Shown here one piece after another: positions 17,007 through 26,427 of a DNA stretch of 64,000 nt. Made by a program: the position numbers and the translations under genes. How positions within the stretch are numbered: position 1 is the stretch's first letter; the number at the start of each line of letters is the position of its first letter. Location of the stretch: contig CAWGVS010000012.1 in assembly GCA_963826115.1 (NCBI GenBank), forward strand, positions 480,001-544,000. Reading direction: 5' to 3'. This DNA is from an uncultured Candidatus Rokubacteria bacterium. GTDB taxonomy: Bacteria; Methylomirabilota; Methylomirabilia; Rokubacteriales; DASRDR01. Under the pieces are notes generated by a model, which made no database searches, was not told the origin of the DNA, and was given only the letters and a program-made list of their open reading frames with translations.

Positions 17007-17991
17007 GTTGTCCCCCTTTCGGTGTGGCCGAGGCGGCGGGCCGGGCCGGACGGGCCCGCTCGCCGGCACGGTGGGCGAGGCGCCGGAGGAACCCGGCGAC
17101 CCCGTCCGGCATGACGTACATGAACGCGATGAGGAACACGCCGTAGATGGCCCAGGGTGCTGCCTTGGAGATCTCCTGCGCGTAGTTCGGCACGAACTGG
17201 ATGAACAGGGCGCCGAAGATCGCCCCCGGCACGGAGGCGAGCCCGCCGATCACGATGCCGACCAGGAAGGTGATCGACAGGAACACGTTGAACGAGTCCG
17301 GCGCCACGAACGCCACCGCGAGCCCGCCCAGCGAGCCCGCGACCCCAGTGTAGCAAGCGCTGACGCCGAACGTCAGCGACTTGTAGAGCGCGGCGTTGAT
17401 GCCCATCGCGCGGGCGGCGATGGGGTTGTCGCGGATCGCCACGATCGCCCGCCCCGGGCGGCTCCGCAGGAGGTTCCAGGTGAGGACCAGGAGCAGCAGC
17501 AGCACCGCCAGCGCGAGGTAGTAGAGCCACTGGTCCCGTGTGAGCGGCAGGCCCAGCGGGGCCCGGGGCTTCGACAGGACGATGCCCTGGGAGCCGCCGG
17601 TCCACGAGTCGAAATACTTCAGGATCTGGGGCACGGCCAGCGCGAGCGCGAAGGTCGCCAGGGCCAGGTGCAGCCCCTCCAGGCGCAGCGCGGGAATCCC
17701 GAACAGGAAGCCAACCAGGAAGCAGAGGGCCCCCGCGGCGGGGATCGTCCACCCGTAGGGGACGTGCCAGCGGTCGACCATGATCGCCATCGTGTACGCG
17801 CCGAGCGCGTAGAAGGCGCCGTGGCCGAGCGAGATCTGCCCGTTGTATCCGGTCAGGAGGTTCAGGCCGAGGAGCACCATCGCGTACACGCAGACCTGCG
17901 TGAACTGGAACAGCCGGAACCCGCTCACGAGGAAGGGCAGGCCCAGCGCGACCAGGAGGACCGCGACCGGGACCCACGCGCGACGCGGCAT
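16993..17991 (-). CDS. livM: Branched-chain amino acid ABC permease
   Basis: GLNLLTGYNGQISLGHGAF, LRLEGLHLALAT, AIRDNPIAARAMGIN. Confidence 0.93.
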   Translation of the reverse strand: MPRRAWVPVAVLLVALGLPFLVSGFRLFQFTQVCVYAMVLLGLNLLTGYNGQISLGHGAFYALGAYTMAIMVDRWHVPYGWTIPAAGALCFLVGFLFGIPALRLEGLHLALATFALALAVPQILKYFDSWTGGSQGIVLSKPRAPLGLPLTRDQWLYYLALAVLLLLLVLTWNLLRSRPGRAIVAIRDNPIAARAMGINAALYKSLTFGVSACYTGVAGSLGGLAVAFVAPDSFNVFLSITFLVGIVIGGLASVPGAIFGALFIQFVPNYAQEISKAAPWAIYGVFLIAFMYVMPDGVAGFLRRLAHRAGERARPARPAASATPKGGQHVHT

Positions 17992-17992
17992 C

Positions 17993-18880
17993 CTAGACCC
18001 GCCGCACGACCGCGTGGCCGAAGAGGCCGCTCGGCCGGACCAGGAGGACGACCACGATGATCAGGAGGGCGACGGTCAGCTTCAGCTCGGTGCCGATGAA
18101 CGGCAGGTAGGTGCCGGCGAGGTTCTCGATCACCCCGACCAGGAAGCCGCCCACGACGGCGCCGAGGGGGCTCGTGATCCCGCCCAGCGTCGCGGCGGCG
18201 AAGGCGTAGATGAGGATCCCGCCCATCATGTTGGGCTCGAGGAAGATCACCGGCGCGATGAGCATCCCCGCCACCGAGCCGACCAGGGCCGCCAGGCCCC
18301 AGCCGAGCGCGAGCATCCAGCCGACGCGGATGCCGCAGAGCCGGCTCGACACGGGATTCTGCGCGGCGGCCCGCATCGCGAGGCCGAGGGACGTGAAGCG
18401 GAAGAACACGTAGAGGAGGCAGAGCATGAGCAGCGTCACCCCGATCACCCCGAGATCGTGCTGGCCGAACACCACGTTGCCGATCCGGATCGGCGTCCGG
18501 GGGAACGGGCTCGGGAAGGGCTGGATGACGTAGGAGTAGATCCACCCGGCGAGGCTGTTCAGGATCACCAGGAGCCCGATGCACACGATGACCAGCGTGA
18601 GGACGGGCTTCCCCTCGACGGGCCGCACGACGACGCGCTCGATGAGGACCCCGCCCACGAACGCGAGGACGAGCGTGCCGAAGAACGCCGCCCAGTAGGG
18701 GGCGCCGGCGTTCAGCATGGACCACGCGAGGTACGTGGTGAACATCGCCATCTCGCCCTGGGCGAAGTTCACGATCTCCGTGGCCTGGTAGATCATCACC
18801 AGCGCGAGGGCCAGGCTCGCGTAGATCCCGCCCGTGGCGAGCCCGGAGACGACCTGCTGGAGGAAGGTGTCAATACCCAA
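17993..18880 (-). CDS. livH: Branched-chain amino acid ABC permease
   Basis: GLATGGIYASLALAL, NFAQGE, GLAMRAAAQN, RPSGLFG. Confidence 0.93.
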   Translation of the reverse strand: MGIDTFLQQVVSGLATGGIYASLALALVMIYQATEIVNFAQGEMAMFTTYLAWSMLNAGAPYWAAFFGTLVLAFVGGVLIERVVVRPVEGKPVLTLVIVCIGLLVILNSLAGWIYSYVIQPFPSPFPRTPIRIGNVVFGQHDLGVIGVTLLMLCLLYVFFRFTSLGLAMRAAAQNPVSSRLCGIRVGWMLALGWGLAALVGSVAGMLIAPVIFLEPNMMGGILIYAFAAATLGGITSPLGAVVGGFLVGVIENLAGTYLPFIGTELKLTVALLIIVVVLLVRPSGLFGHAVVRRV

Positions 18881-19583
18881 GGTACGCTCGTCGGACGGCG
18901 TCGTTCTTCCGGATCTCGTCGGACGGCCCGGCGAGCACGACGCGCCCGGTCTCGAGAAGGTACGCGTGGTCGGCGAGGCCGAGGGCGAGGGTCGCGTTCT
19001 GCTCCACCAGGAGCACGCTCACGCCGTCCCGCTCGTTGATCGTGCGGACGATGCGGAAGATCTCCTGCACCACGAGCGGGGCGAGCCCGAGGGACGGCTC
19101 GTCGAGGAGAAGCAGCCGCGGCCGCAGCATGAGCGCGCGGGCGAGGGCGAGCATCTGCTGCTCCCCGCCGGAGAGCGTGCCCGCCGCCTGCCGCCGCCGC
19201 TCGCCGAGGACCGGGAAGTGCCCGTAGACGCGGTCGAGGTCCCGGCCGACCTCGGCCCGATCGCGGCGCACGTAGGCGCCGAGCCGGAGGTTCTCCTCCA
19301 CCGTGAACCCGACGAACGTCCCCCGCCCTTCGGGTACGTGGGCGATGCCGAGCCGCGCGATGTCCTCGCTCGCCCGGCCATCGATCCGCCGCCCGTCGAA
19401 CCGCACGGTCCCGACCGGCGGCACCATGCCCGACACCGCGCGGAGCGTGGTGGTCTTCCCGGCCCCGTTGGCGCCCAGGATGGTCGTGATGCCGCCGGCC
19501 TCGACGGCGAACCCGACCCCGTGGAGCACCCGCGTCGCGCCGTAGGCCACGTGGAGGTCCTCGACGTCGAGGATGGCCGCCAT
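18870..19583 (-). CDS. livF: Branched-chain amino acid ABC ATPase
   Basis: GANGAGKTT, HVPEGR, LSGGEQQMLA, LDEPSLGLAP, VEQN. Confidence 0.95.
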   Translation of the reverse strand: MAAILDVEDLHVAYGATRVLHGVGFAVEAGGITTILGANGAGKTTTLRAVSGMVPPVGTVRFDGRRIDGRASEDIARLGIAHVPEGRGTFVGFTVEENLRLGAYVRRDRAEVGRDLDRVYGHFPVLGERRRQAAGTLSGGEQQMLALARALMLRPRLLLLDEPSLGLAPLVVQEIFRIVRTINERDGVSVLLVEQNATLALGLADHAYLLETGRVVLAGPSDEIRKNDAVRRAYLGY

Positions 19584-20416
19584 CAGCGCGCCACCGTCTC
19601 GCCGGGCGCCACGCCGAGGTAGGCGCGGATGACGTCGGCATGCTGCTGGATCGCCGCCGGCGGACCCTCGGCGATCTTCCGCCCGAAGTCGAGGACGACG
19701 ACCTGGTCGGAGACCTCCATGACCAGGCCCATGTGGTGCTCCACGAGGAGGATCGTCACGCCGTGCTCGCTCCGGATGGCCCGGATCAACCGGGCGAGCG
19801 CCGCGACCTCTTCGTGGTTCAGTCCCGCCGCCGGCTCGTCGAGCAGGAGGAGCCGGGGCGAGCCGGCGAGCGCGCGGGCGAGCTCGACCCGCTTGAGCGT
19901 GCCGAAGGGGAGGCCCACGGCGGGATGCGCCGCCACCGCCTCGAGCCCGAAGAACGTCACCAGCTCGTGCGCCCGCGCCCGGATCCGCGCCTCCTCGCTC
20001 CGCACGGCCGGCAGGCGGAGGGCGCTCGCGACGAAGCTCCCGCGGGACCGGCAGTGCACGCCCACCATGACGTTCTGCAGGACCGAGAGGCTCGGGAACA
20101 GGGCGACGTTCTGGAACGTGCGGCTGATGCCGAGCGCCGAGATCCCGTGCGCCGGGACGCCGTCGAGCGGGCGCCCCTCGAACTCGAGCGAGCCCCGTTC
20201 CGGCGTGTAGAGCCGGGACAGGCAGTTGAAGACGGTCGTCTTCCCGGCGCCGTTGGGGCCGATGAGCCCGACGATCTGGCCGGGCGCCACCTGGAAGGAC
20301 ACCCCGTCGAGGGCGACGATGCCGCCGAAGCGCACCGTCAGGTCCCGCACCGCGAGGAGGGGCCGGTCGCCGCTCCCGTGGACAGGGTTTCGCTGAGCCG
20401 GCCCGCCGCCGGTCAC
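19583..20416 (-). CDS. livG: Branched-chain amino acid ABC ATPase
   Basis: FGGIVAL, GPNGAGKTT, RTFQN, LDEPAAGL, VEHHM. Confidence 0.95.
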   Translation of the reverse strand: MTGGGPAQRNPVHGSGDRPLLAVRDLTVRFGGIVALDGVSFQVAPGQIVGLIGPNGAGKTTVFNCLSRLYTPERGSLEFEGRPLDGVPAHGISALGISRTFQNVALFPSLSVLQNVMVGVHCRSRGSFVASALRLPAVRSEEARIRARAHELVTFFGLEAVAAHPAVGLPFGTLKRVELARALAGSPRLLLLDEPAAGLNHEEVAALARLIRAIRSEHGVTILLVEHHMGLVMEVSDQVVVLDFGRKIAEGPPAAIQQHADVIRAYLGVAPGETVAR

Positions 20417-20432
20417 CGTGTCGACCAGGCCA

Positions 20433-20446
20433 TGACAGCGCTGTCA
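20433..20446. promoter_or_regulatory. Perfect 14-bp palindrome TGACAGCGCTGTCA (LacI-type operator candidate)
   Basis: Lies between the putative promoter and the livG start; CG-centred like LacI-family sites. Confidence 0.6.
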
Positions 20447-20492
20447 GGCGTTTTTCGCATTCGCCGCGGTGGCCGGATCCTGTGGCGTCGAG

Positions 20493-20522
20493 ACCCTATC
20501 ATCGGCGGCCCCGCCACGTCAA
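20493..20522 (-). promoter_or_regulatory. Sigma70-like promoter of the liv operon
   Basis: TTGACG-N18-TAGGGT with TGn extension. Confidence 0.55.
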
Positions 20523-20693
20523 TTCGCGCCGACCGCCCGGCGAGCGGCACCGCCCGCCGCGGCGCTCGCCGCAGGGTCCGGCCAGGGAACGGACGGTCGC
20601 TGGCGGCGACCTCGACCCCACCGAGCCGCCCGGACCCATCCGGACCGACCGCCACTCCGGGGAGCCCGTCGCCCGCGCCGGCATCACGTCGCG

Positions 20694-21596
20694 CTAGTAG
20701 TCCCGCGGGTCGAGCACATCGCGGAGCCCGTCGCCGGCCAGGTTGAACGACAGCGCCAGGACGAAGATCGCGAGCCCCGGCCACCACGCCATCCACGGCG
20801 CCGTCTCGAGGAACGCCTGGGCGGTGTTGAGCATCGTGCCCCAGCTCGGCGTGGGCGGCTGGACGCCGAGCCCGAGGAACGAGAGCACCGCTTCCGCGAT
20901 GATCGCCGTCGGGATCGAGACCGTGGCCTGCACGAGGATCGAGCTGACGATGTTGGGCAGCACGTGACGGCCCATGACCCGGGGGTCGCCGGCGCCCAGC
21001 GCCCGGGCGCCGTGGACGTAGTCCTCCTCGCGCGTCGCCAGAACCAGGCCGCGAGTGAGCCGGACGTAGGTCGGCGTGGCGCCGAGCCCGATCGCCAGCG
21101 TGGCATTGGTGAGCGACGCGCCGAGGATCGTCACCAGTCCGATCGCCAGGATGAGGAACGGGAACGACAGCCACGCGTCGGTCAGGCGCATCAGCGCCTG
21201 GTCTATCACCCCGCGGTAGTAGCCGGCGATCAGGCCAGCCGGGACGCCCACGAGCATGGCAAACAGGATGGACAGGACACCGGCCTGCATCGAGATACGC
21301 GCGCCCCAGATGACGCGCGACAGGGTGTCGCGGCCGAGGTCGTCCGTCCCGAACGGATGTGCCCAGCTCGGCGCCTTGCGGATCGCGCTCCAGCTGGTCG
21401 CGTTCGGGTCGGCGGGGGCCAGCCACGGAGCGGCGAGGGCCGCGACGACGAACGCCAGCACGACGGCCGTGCCGACCACCGCAGGGGGGCGGCGCGCGAG
21501 GCGGCGCCAGGCGAGGCGGAGGCGGGCGCCGAGGATCCCGCTCTGGGCGGTCCCGACCGTCAGCGCGGCCGCGGGCTGCGCAGCGTCAGGTCTCAC
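20694..21596 (-). CDS. Peptide/nickel ABC permease (DppC/OppC-like)
   Basis: HPFGTDDLGRDTLSRVIWGARIS, LSFLGLG, GDGLRDVLDPR. Confidence 0.94.
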   Translation of the reverse strand: MRPDAAQPAAALTVGTAQSGILGARLRLAWRRLARRPPAVVGTAVVLAFVVAALAAPWLAPADPNATSWSAIRKAPSWAHPFGTDDLGRDTLSRVIWGARISMQAGVLSILFAMLVGVPAGLIAGYYRGVIDQALMRLTDAWLSFPFLILAIGLVTILGASLTNATLAIGLGATPTYVRLTRGLVLATREEDYVHGARALGAGDPRVMGRHVLPNIVSSILVQATVSIPTAIIAEAVLSFLGLGVQPPTPSWGTMLNTAQAFLETAPWMAWWPGLAIFVLALSFNLAGDGLRDVLDPRDY

Positions 21597-22548
21597 GTCG
21601 CCCGCCCCGGACCCGGATCCGCGGATTGAGGAGGGAGTAGGACACGTCGACCAGAAGGTTCATCAGCACGTAGGCGCTGGCCGTGATCAGCACCACGCCC
21701 TGCACGATCGGGTAGTCGCGCGTGAACACGCCCTCCAGGATCAGGCGGCCGAAGCCCGGCACCACGAAGATCTGCTCGGTGATGACGGCCCCGCTGATCA
21801 GCGCTCCGAGCTGGAGGCCAAGGATGGTGATGACCGGGATGAGCCCGTTCCGGATGGCGTGGCGGAACACGACGATGCCGGTCCGGAGCCCCTTCGCGTA
21901 GGCGGTCCGGACGTAGTCCGCGCTCAGGACCTCGATCATGCTGTTCCGGGTCTGGCGCATCAGCACCGCCGCCAGCTGAGCGGCCAGCACCACGGCCGGC
22001 ATCAGCATGCGCTGGACGTTCCCCCACGGGTCCTCGAAGGGGGACACGTAGCCCGAGGCGGGCAGCCAGTGGAGCCGGACCGAGAGGAGAAGGATCAGCA
22101 TGATCCCCAGCCAGAAGTTCGGGATCGACACGCCGCAGAGGGACACGCTCCCGGCGAGGTAGTCCCAGCCCGTGTTCCGGCGCACGGCGGCCAGCACGCC
22201 CACCGGGACGGCGATCAGCAGGGCGAGCAGCATGGCATACGCCGACAGCTGGAGCGTGATCGGCAGCTTGTGGGCAACGAGGCGCACGACCGATTCGCGG
22301 GTGCGGATCGACTCGCCGAGATCCCCGCGGAGCGCGTGGCCGAGCCACTTCGCATACTGGACGGGAATCGGATCCCGCAGCCCGTACTTCTGCCGGATCT
22401 CCTCGATGCCGGCCGCGTCGGCATCGGTCCCCGCCATCACGCGGGCGGGATCGCCGGGAATCATGCGGACCCCGGTGAACACGATGATCGTGATGAGGAA
22501 CAGCGTGACCAGCGAGATGAGCCCTCGCTCGATCAGGAACTCGGTCAC
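21586..22548 (-). CDS. Peptide/nickel ABC permease (DppB/OppB-like)
   Basis: IPGDPA, GDLGES, SIPNFWLG, DYVRTAYAKGL, RDYPIVQG, NPRIR. Confidence 0.94.
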   Translation of the reverse strand: MTEFLIERGLISLVTLFLITIIVFTGVRMIPGDPARVMAGTDADAAGIEEIRQKYGLRDPIPVQYAKWLGHALRGDLGESIRTRESVVRLVAHKLPITLQLSAYAMLLALLIAVPVGVLAAVRRNTGWDYLAGSVSLCGVSIPNFWLGIMLILLLSVRLHWLPASGYVSPFEDPWGNVQRMLMPAVVLAAQLAAVLMRQTRNSMIEVLSADYVRTAYAKGLRTGIVVFRHAIRNGLIPVITILGLQLGALISGAVITEQIFVVPGFGRLILEGVFTRDYPIVQGVVLITASAYVLMNLLVDVSYSLLNPRIRVRGGRRET

Positions 22549-22565
22549 GGCGCGCCGACGGCGTA

Positions 22566-22594
22566 GGGTCGAGGGCCTCGAAGGCCCCCGACCC
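22566..22594. other. Intergenic stem-loop after the substrate-binding protein gene (mRNA-stabilising or REP-like)
   Basis: GGGTCG-A-GGGCC-TCGAA-GGCCC-C-CGACCC. Confidence 0.45.
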
Positions 22595-22602
22595 CCTTCA
22601 GG

Positions 22603-24150
22603 CTAGTTCCAGCTCGCGCCCTTGATGCGGATCAGCCCGTCGGGCACGGCCTTGTAGCCCTTGAGGTTCTTGGGATAGGCCGCGATGTAGTTCAGGTGGT
22701 AGAGGTAGATGACGTTGCGGCGCGCGCTGAGCTTGTCGATCGCCTCTCGATAGAGCTGGGTGCGCTGCGCGACGTCGCTCACCTCGCGGGCCTTGTTCAG
22801 CAAGGAATCGATCGTCTCGTCGCAGGCCTGCGTCGTATTCAGGCTGCCCTTGCACGTGTGGAACTGGTGAATGTTGGCATCGGGGTCCACGCGGCCGCTC
22901 CAGCCGATCAGGAAGGTCGGGAGCTTGCCCGCTTCGTCCGCATCCAGGGACGCGGCGAACTCCATCGGCTGGATCGAGATGTTGAAGCCCGCCTCCTTGG
23001 CCATCTGCTGGAGCACCTCACCCACCCGGCGCTGGGGCGGCTCGTTCTGCACGGTCATCTCGAAGCTGTAGCCGTTGGCGAGCCCCGCGTCGGCCAGGAG
23101 CTTCTTGGCGCGCGCGATGTCACGCGTCGGGCACTTCCGGCTCTTGTCGTAGAAGGGGCTCACGGGCGAGATCGGGGTGCAGTCGGGCGTGTACTGGCCC
23201 TCCCAGACCACCTGGTTCAGTGCCTCGCGGTCGATCGACAGCTCGAGCGCCTCTCGCACCCGGGGGTCGTTGGCCAGCGGCGTACCGAGATCTCCGGGCG
23301 CCGCCGGCGGCTTGCCGTTCTTGTTCTTGAGGTTGATGTTGAACCCGGAGTAGCCGATCCCCGGCACGCTCGCGACGTCGAACTTGCCCTCCTTGCGGAG
23401 GCTGGCGGCGTGGGTCGGGTTCACCAGGTGCATGAAGTCGATGTCGCCCGAGCGGAGGTTGGCCAGGCGGACGTTGTCGTCCGTGATGATCCGGAAGACG
23501 AGCCGATCGAACTTGGCCTGGGCCGGATCGAAGTAGTGCGTGGACTTCTCCAGCACGATGCGGTCCTGGGCGACGCGCTCGACGAACGCCCAGGGGCCGA
23601 CGCACACCGGGGCGGTGCCGAACTTCTCGTCGAGCTTCTTGACCTGGGCCGGCGAGACCGGCATCCCGGCGCGGTCGGCCAGGATCGCCGTGATCGGGGA
23701 GAACGGCGCCTTCAGGCGGAGCCGGACCGTGGTCGGGTCGACCACCTCGACCGCGTCGACGTGGTCCAGCTCGCTCCGGCGGCTCGAACCCTTCATCCCG
23801 CGGTGCCGGTCGAGGGAGAACCGGACGGCCTCGGCGTCCATCGCCGTGCCGTCGTTGAACTTCACGCCCGAGCGGAGCTTGATCGTGACGGTCTTGCCGC
23901 CATCGGTGAACCGGGGCAGCTCCGCCGCGAGCTGCGGAGAGATGTTGAGGTTCTCGTCGATCTCGTAAAGCTTCTCGCACATGTGCTCGAAGATGATCCG
24001 GCCCACGTAGGTCCGGGCGAGCGTCGGATCCAGGATGTCCGGGTCCTGGTTCAGCCCGATCACGAGCGTCTTCTTCTGCGCCTCGGCGGTGGCGGCCGCC
24101 ACGAGGACGCCCAGCAGGATCGCCAGCACCCACCCCAGTCGGATCCTCAT
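22603..24150 (-). CDS. Family 5 (DppA/OppA-like) ABC substrate-binding protein
   Basis: Signal peptide, LDP, KLRSGVKFNDGT, DPRVREALELSIDR; SD GGAGGG before ATG 24150. Confidence 0.94.
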   Translation of the reverse strand: MRIRLGWVLAILLGVLVAAATAEAQKKTLVIGLNQDPDILDPTLARTYVGRIIFEHMCEKLYEIDENLNISPQLAAELPRFTDGGKTVTIKLRSGVKFNDGTAMDAEAVRFSLDRHRGMKGSSRRSELDHVDAVEVVDPTTVRLRLKAPFSPITAILADRAGMPVSPAQVKKLDEKFGTAPVCVGPWAFVERVAQDRIVLEKSTHYFDPAQAKFDRLVFRIITDDNVRLANLRSGDIDFMHLVNPTHAASLRKEGKFDVASVPGIGYSGFNINLKNKNGKPPAAPGDLGTPLANDPRVREALELSIDREALNQVVWEGQYTPDCTPISPVSPFYDKSRKCPTRDIARAKKLLADAGLANGYSFEMTVQNEPPQRRVGEVLQQMAKEAGFNISIQPMEFAASLDADEAGKLPTFLIGWSGRVDPDANIHQFHTCKGSLNTTQACDETIDSLLNKAREVSDVAQRTQLYREAIDKLSARRNVIYLYHLNYIAAYPKNLKGYKAVPDGLIRIKGASWN

Positions 24151-24404
24151 CGTCGGTGCCCTCCGGACTCCTGAGTCTGGGTTGATCAAGGGCGAACCAC
24201 CCGCCTCGAGACGGTGGCCCGATGGTCAGGCCACAATAGCTGGATCATAGGCTGGGCGCGCACGACCAAGCAAGGGCTCGGCGCGTCCTCGCGTCGCGCG
24301 GGACGGCCCGCCCGGCCGCTCGTCCGGGAAACCCGCGCCGCAGAAGGCGGGTTCCCGCCGCCCGACGGCGCGGAAGCGGGACGCCGGCTCGGCCGACCCC
24401 AGGC

Positions 24405-25436
24405 TCAGTCGACGCCGAGCTCGGCGGCGATCTCCTCGATCTGGCGCCACGTCTCGGCCTCGACGGGGATGCCGCGCGCCCGCCGCTCGGCCTCCGAGCG
24501 GGCCTCGGGCTCGCCGGGGACCTGCACCGCGACCGTGCCCGGCGCCGGTGCGGCGGACTTCACGTATCGGACGAGATCGGTCACCTGGCCGGTGAAGTCG
24601 ATGAGCGGGAGAAACCGCGCCACGTCGATCACGAGCAGGAAGGTCCCGTTGTGCACGGGGCCGGTGCGGTCGCCGATCGCGCCCTCGCCGGAGAGGATCC
24701 CGCCCAACACCTCGACGACCAGCCCGAGCGCCGTCCCCTTGTGAGCGCCGACCGGAAGGAGGCCCGCCCGGGGCGGGCCGTAGAAGACCTCGGGGTCCGT
24801 GACGGGCCGGCCGGCCGGATCGATCGCCCAGCCGTCGGGCAGGCGCTCCTTGCGGTTCCGCTTCACCCGCACCTTCCCCTCGGCGACGACGCTGGTCGCC
24901 ATGTCGACCGAGAGGGCCACGCCGCCGTCCGGTCCCGGGACCGCGATCGCGAGCGGGTTCGTCGAGAGCCGGCGCTCCAGGCCCCCGTGGGGCACGACCG
25001 AGTGCGCGGTCGGGGCGTTGGCCCACACGAGCCCGACGAAGCCCCGCGTGGCCGCCAGCTCGGCGTAGTCGGCCAGCCGCCCGATGTGGTTCGACCGCCG
25101 CACGCCCACGGCCGCGAGGCCCAGGCGCCCGGCCTTGTCGAGGGCCACCTCGGCCGCGCGGCGCGCGACGACCTGGCCGAGGCCGAGGTCGCCGTCGACG
25201 ATCGCCGTCGTGGGCGTGTCCTGGAGGACCCGCATCGCCGGACGCGGATTCGTCTCCCCCTTCCGGATCGAGCCGACGTACTGCGGGATCCGGATCACGC
25301 CGTGGGAGTCATGCCCCCGGAGGTTGGCGCGCACCAGGAGCTGACCGACCCAGTGGGCGTCGCCGTCGGGCACGCCGAGGGCGGCGAAGATGCGGGTGGC
25401 GAGGGTTTCCAGTCGATCGGCAGCGAGGGTCTCCAC
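24405..25436 (-). CDS. Ldh_2 family NAD(P)-dependent oxidoreductase (malate/lactate/sulfolactate dehydrogenase type)
   Basis: GHDSHGVIRIPQY, SNHIGRLADY, LSTNPLAI, DMATS, HKGTAL, VPGEPE. Confidence 0.93.
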   Translation of the reverse strand: METLAADRLETLATRIFAALGVPDGDAHWVGQLLVRANLRGHDSHGVIRIPQYVGSIRKGETNPRPAMRVLQDTPTTAIVDGDLGLGQVVARRAAEVALDKAGRLGLAAVGVRRSNHIGRLADYAELAATRGFVGLVWANAPTAHSVVPHGGLERRLSTNPLAIAVPGPDGGVALSVDMATSVVAEGKVRVKRNRKERLPDGWAIDPAGRPVTDPEVFYGPPRAGLLPVGAHKGTALGLVVEVLGGILSGEGAIGDRTGPVHNGTFLLVIDVARFLPLIDFTGQVTDLVRYVKSAAPAPGTVAVQVPGEPEARSEAERRARGIPVEAETWRQIEEIAAELGVD

Positions 25437-25581
25437 GTCAGGCCTCCCGGGCGGCGCACGGTGGAGGCGCCCCCTGTGAAATGGCCGTCAGGATACCACG
25501 CTCGCGGATGGCGGCCCGCCGCGCGCCGGGCGCGCGAGTCCCGGCTTGACCGCGCTCGCGCCCCGCCCTATCGTGCGGGCC

Positions 25582-25926
25582 ATGGCGCTCCAGGACTTCC
25601 TGCGGCTCTTCTGGTTCCGCGGGCCCGAGCGGGGCGCCGTGGCGCCGGTCCCTCGCTGGCGCGCCCCCACCCGGATCCACATCGGGATGCGGGTGCTGCT
25701 CCGGATGCCCATCGCGAGCCCGCACACGACGTGGATCCCCGCGGGCGCCGCCGGCGTCGTCGTGGGCGGCAACTCGAAGGCGCGCCAGGTGTCCATCGAG
25801 CTCGACAGCCCCCGCACCGTCATCACGGTCCCGTGGAACTGGGTGGAGGAGGAGCCCGCGCCGGCCCCCGTTGCCGGTCCGGACGAGGCGCCGGGGCCGC
25901 CGGGAGCGCCGACCGGCGTCGCCTGA
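25582..25926 (+). CDS. Small hypothetical protein, possible SH3/KOW-like beta-barrel
   Basis: IGMRVLL...IPAGAAGVVV...VSIEL...VPWNWVE; TTGACC-N17-TATCGT ends 7 nt before the ATG. Confidence 0.65.
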   Translation: MALQDFLRLFWFRGPERGAVAPVPRWRAPTRIHIGMRVLLRMPIASPHTTWIPAGAAGVVVGGNSKARQVSIELDSPRTVITVPWNWVEEEPAPAPVAGPDEAPGPPGAPTGVA

Positions 25927-26003
25927 TCCCCGGGTCCCGCCCTCCGAGCGCCCCGGCGCACCCCGCCGCCGACGGCCTCCGGCAGGTGATGTAGCATGGG
26001 GAC

Positions 26004-26360
26004 ATGCGCCGGCTCGTCCCGGTCCTCGCCCTCGCCGCCCTCGCCCTCGCCGCCTGCTCGAAGGGCGGTGTCCCGCCCGAGAAGGTGCAGGCCTGGATGG
26101 GCCGGCCCGCCGCCGACCTCATCCGCGAGTGGGGCAGCCCGACCAAGGAGGTCGAGGACGCGGGGCAGCGCGTGCTGATCTACGAAGAGGTCGAGCAAAC
26201 CGGGAGCGCCGAGTTCTCGCGCACGGTCTCGAAGCGCTATGACGACTCGCCGGCCGCGGCCGCCGCCGCCGCCATCGGCTACAACGCCTATGCCCGGTCG
26301 TACCTCTTCTGGGTCGACGCCTCCGGCAAGATCAGCCGCACGCAGATTCACCAGCCCTGA
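26004..26360 (+). CDS. Hypothetical lipoprotein
   Basis: MRR, hydrophobic stretch, lipobox LAAC; WMGRPAADLIREWGSP...FWVDASGKI. Confidence 0.8.
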   Translation: MRRLVPVLALAALALAACSKGGVPPEKVQAWMGRPAADLIREWGSPTKEVEDAGQRVLIYEEVEQTGSAEFSRTVSKRYDDSPAAAAAAAIGYNAYARSYLFWVDASGKISRTQIHQP

Positions 26361-26427
26361 CCGCGGCCCGCGCGCGACCGCGCCGCGCGCTTGGCGTCGC
26401 CCGGACCCCGGGCTATCGTAGCGAGGC

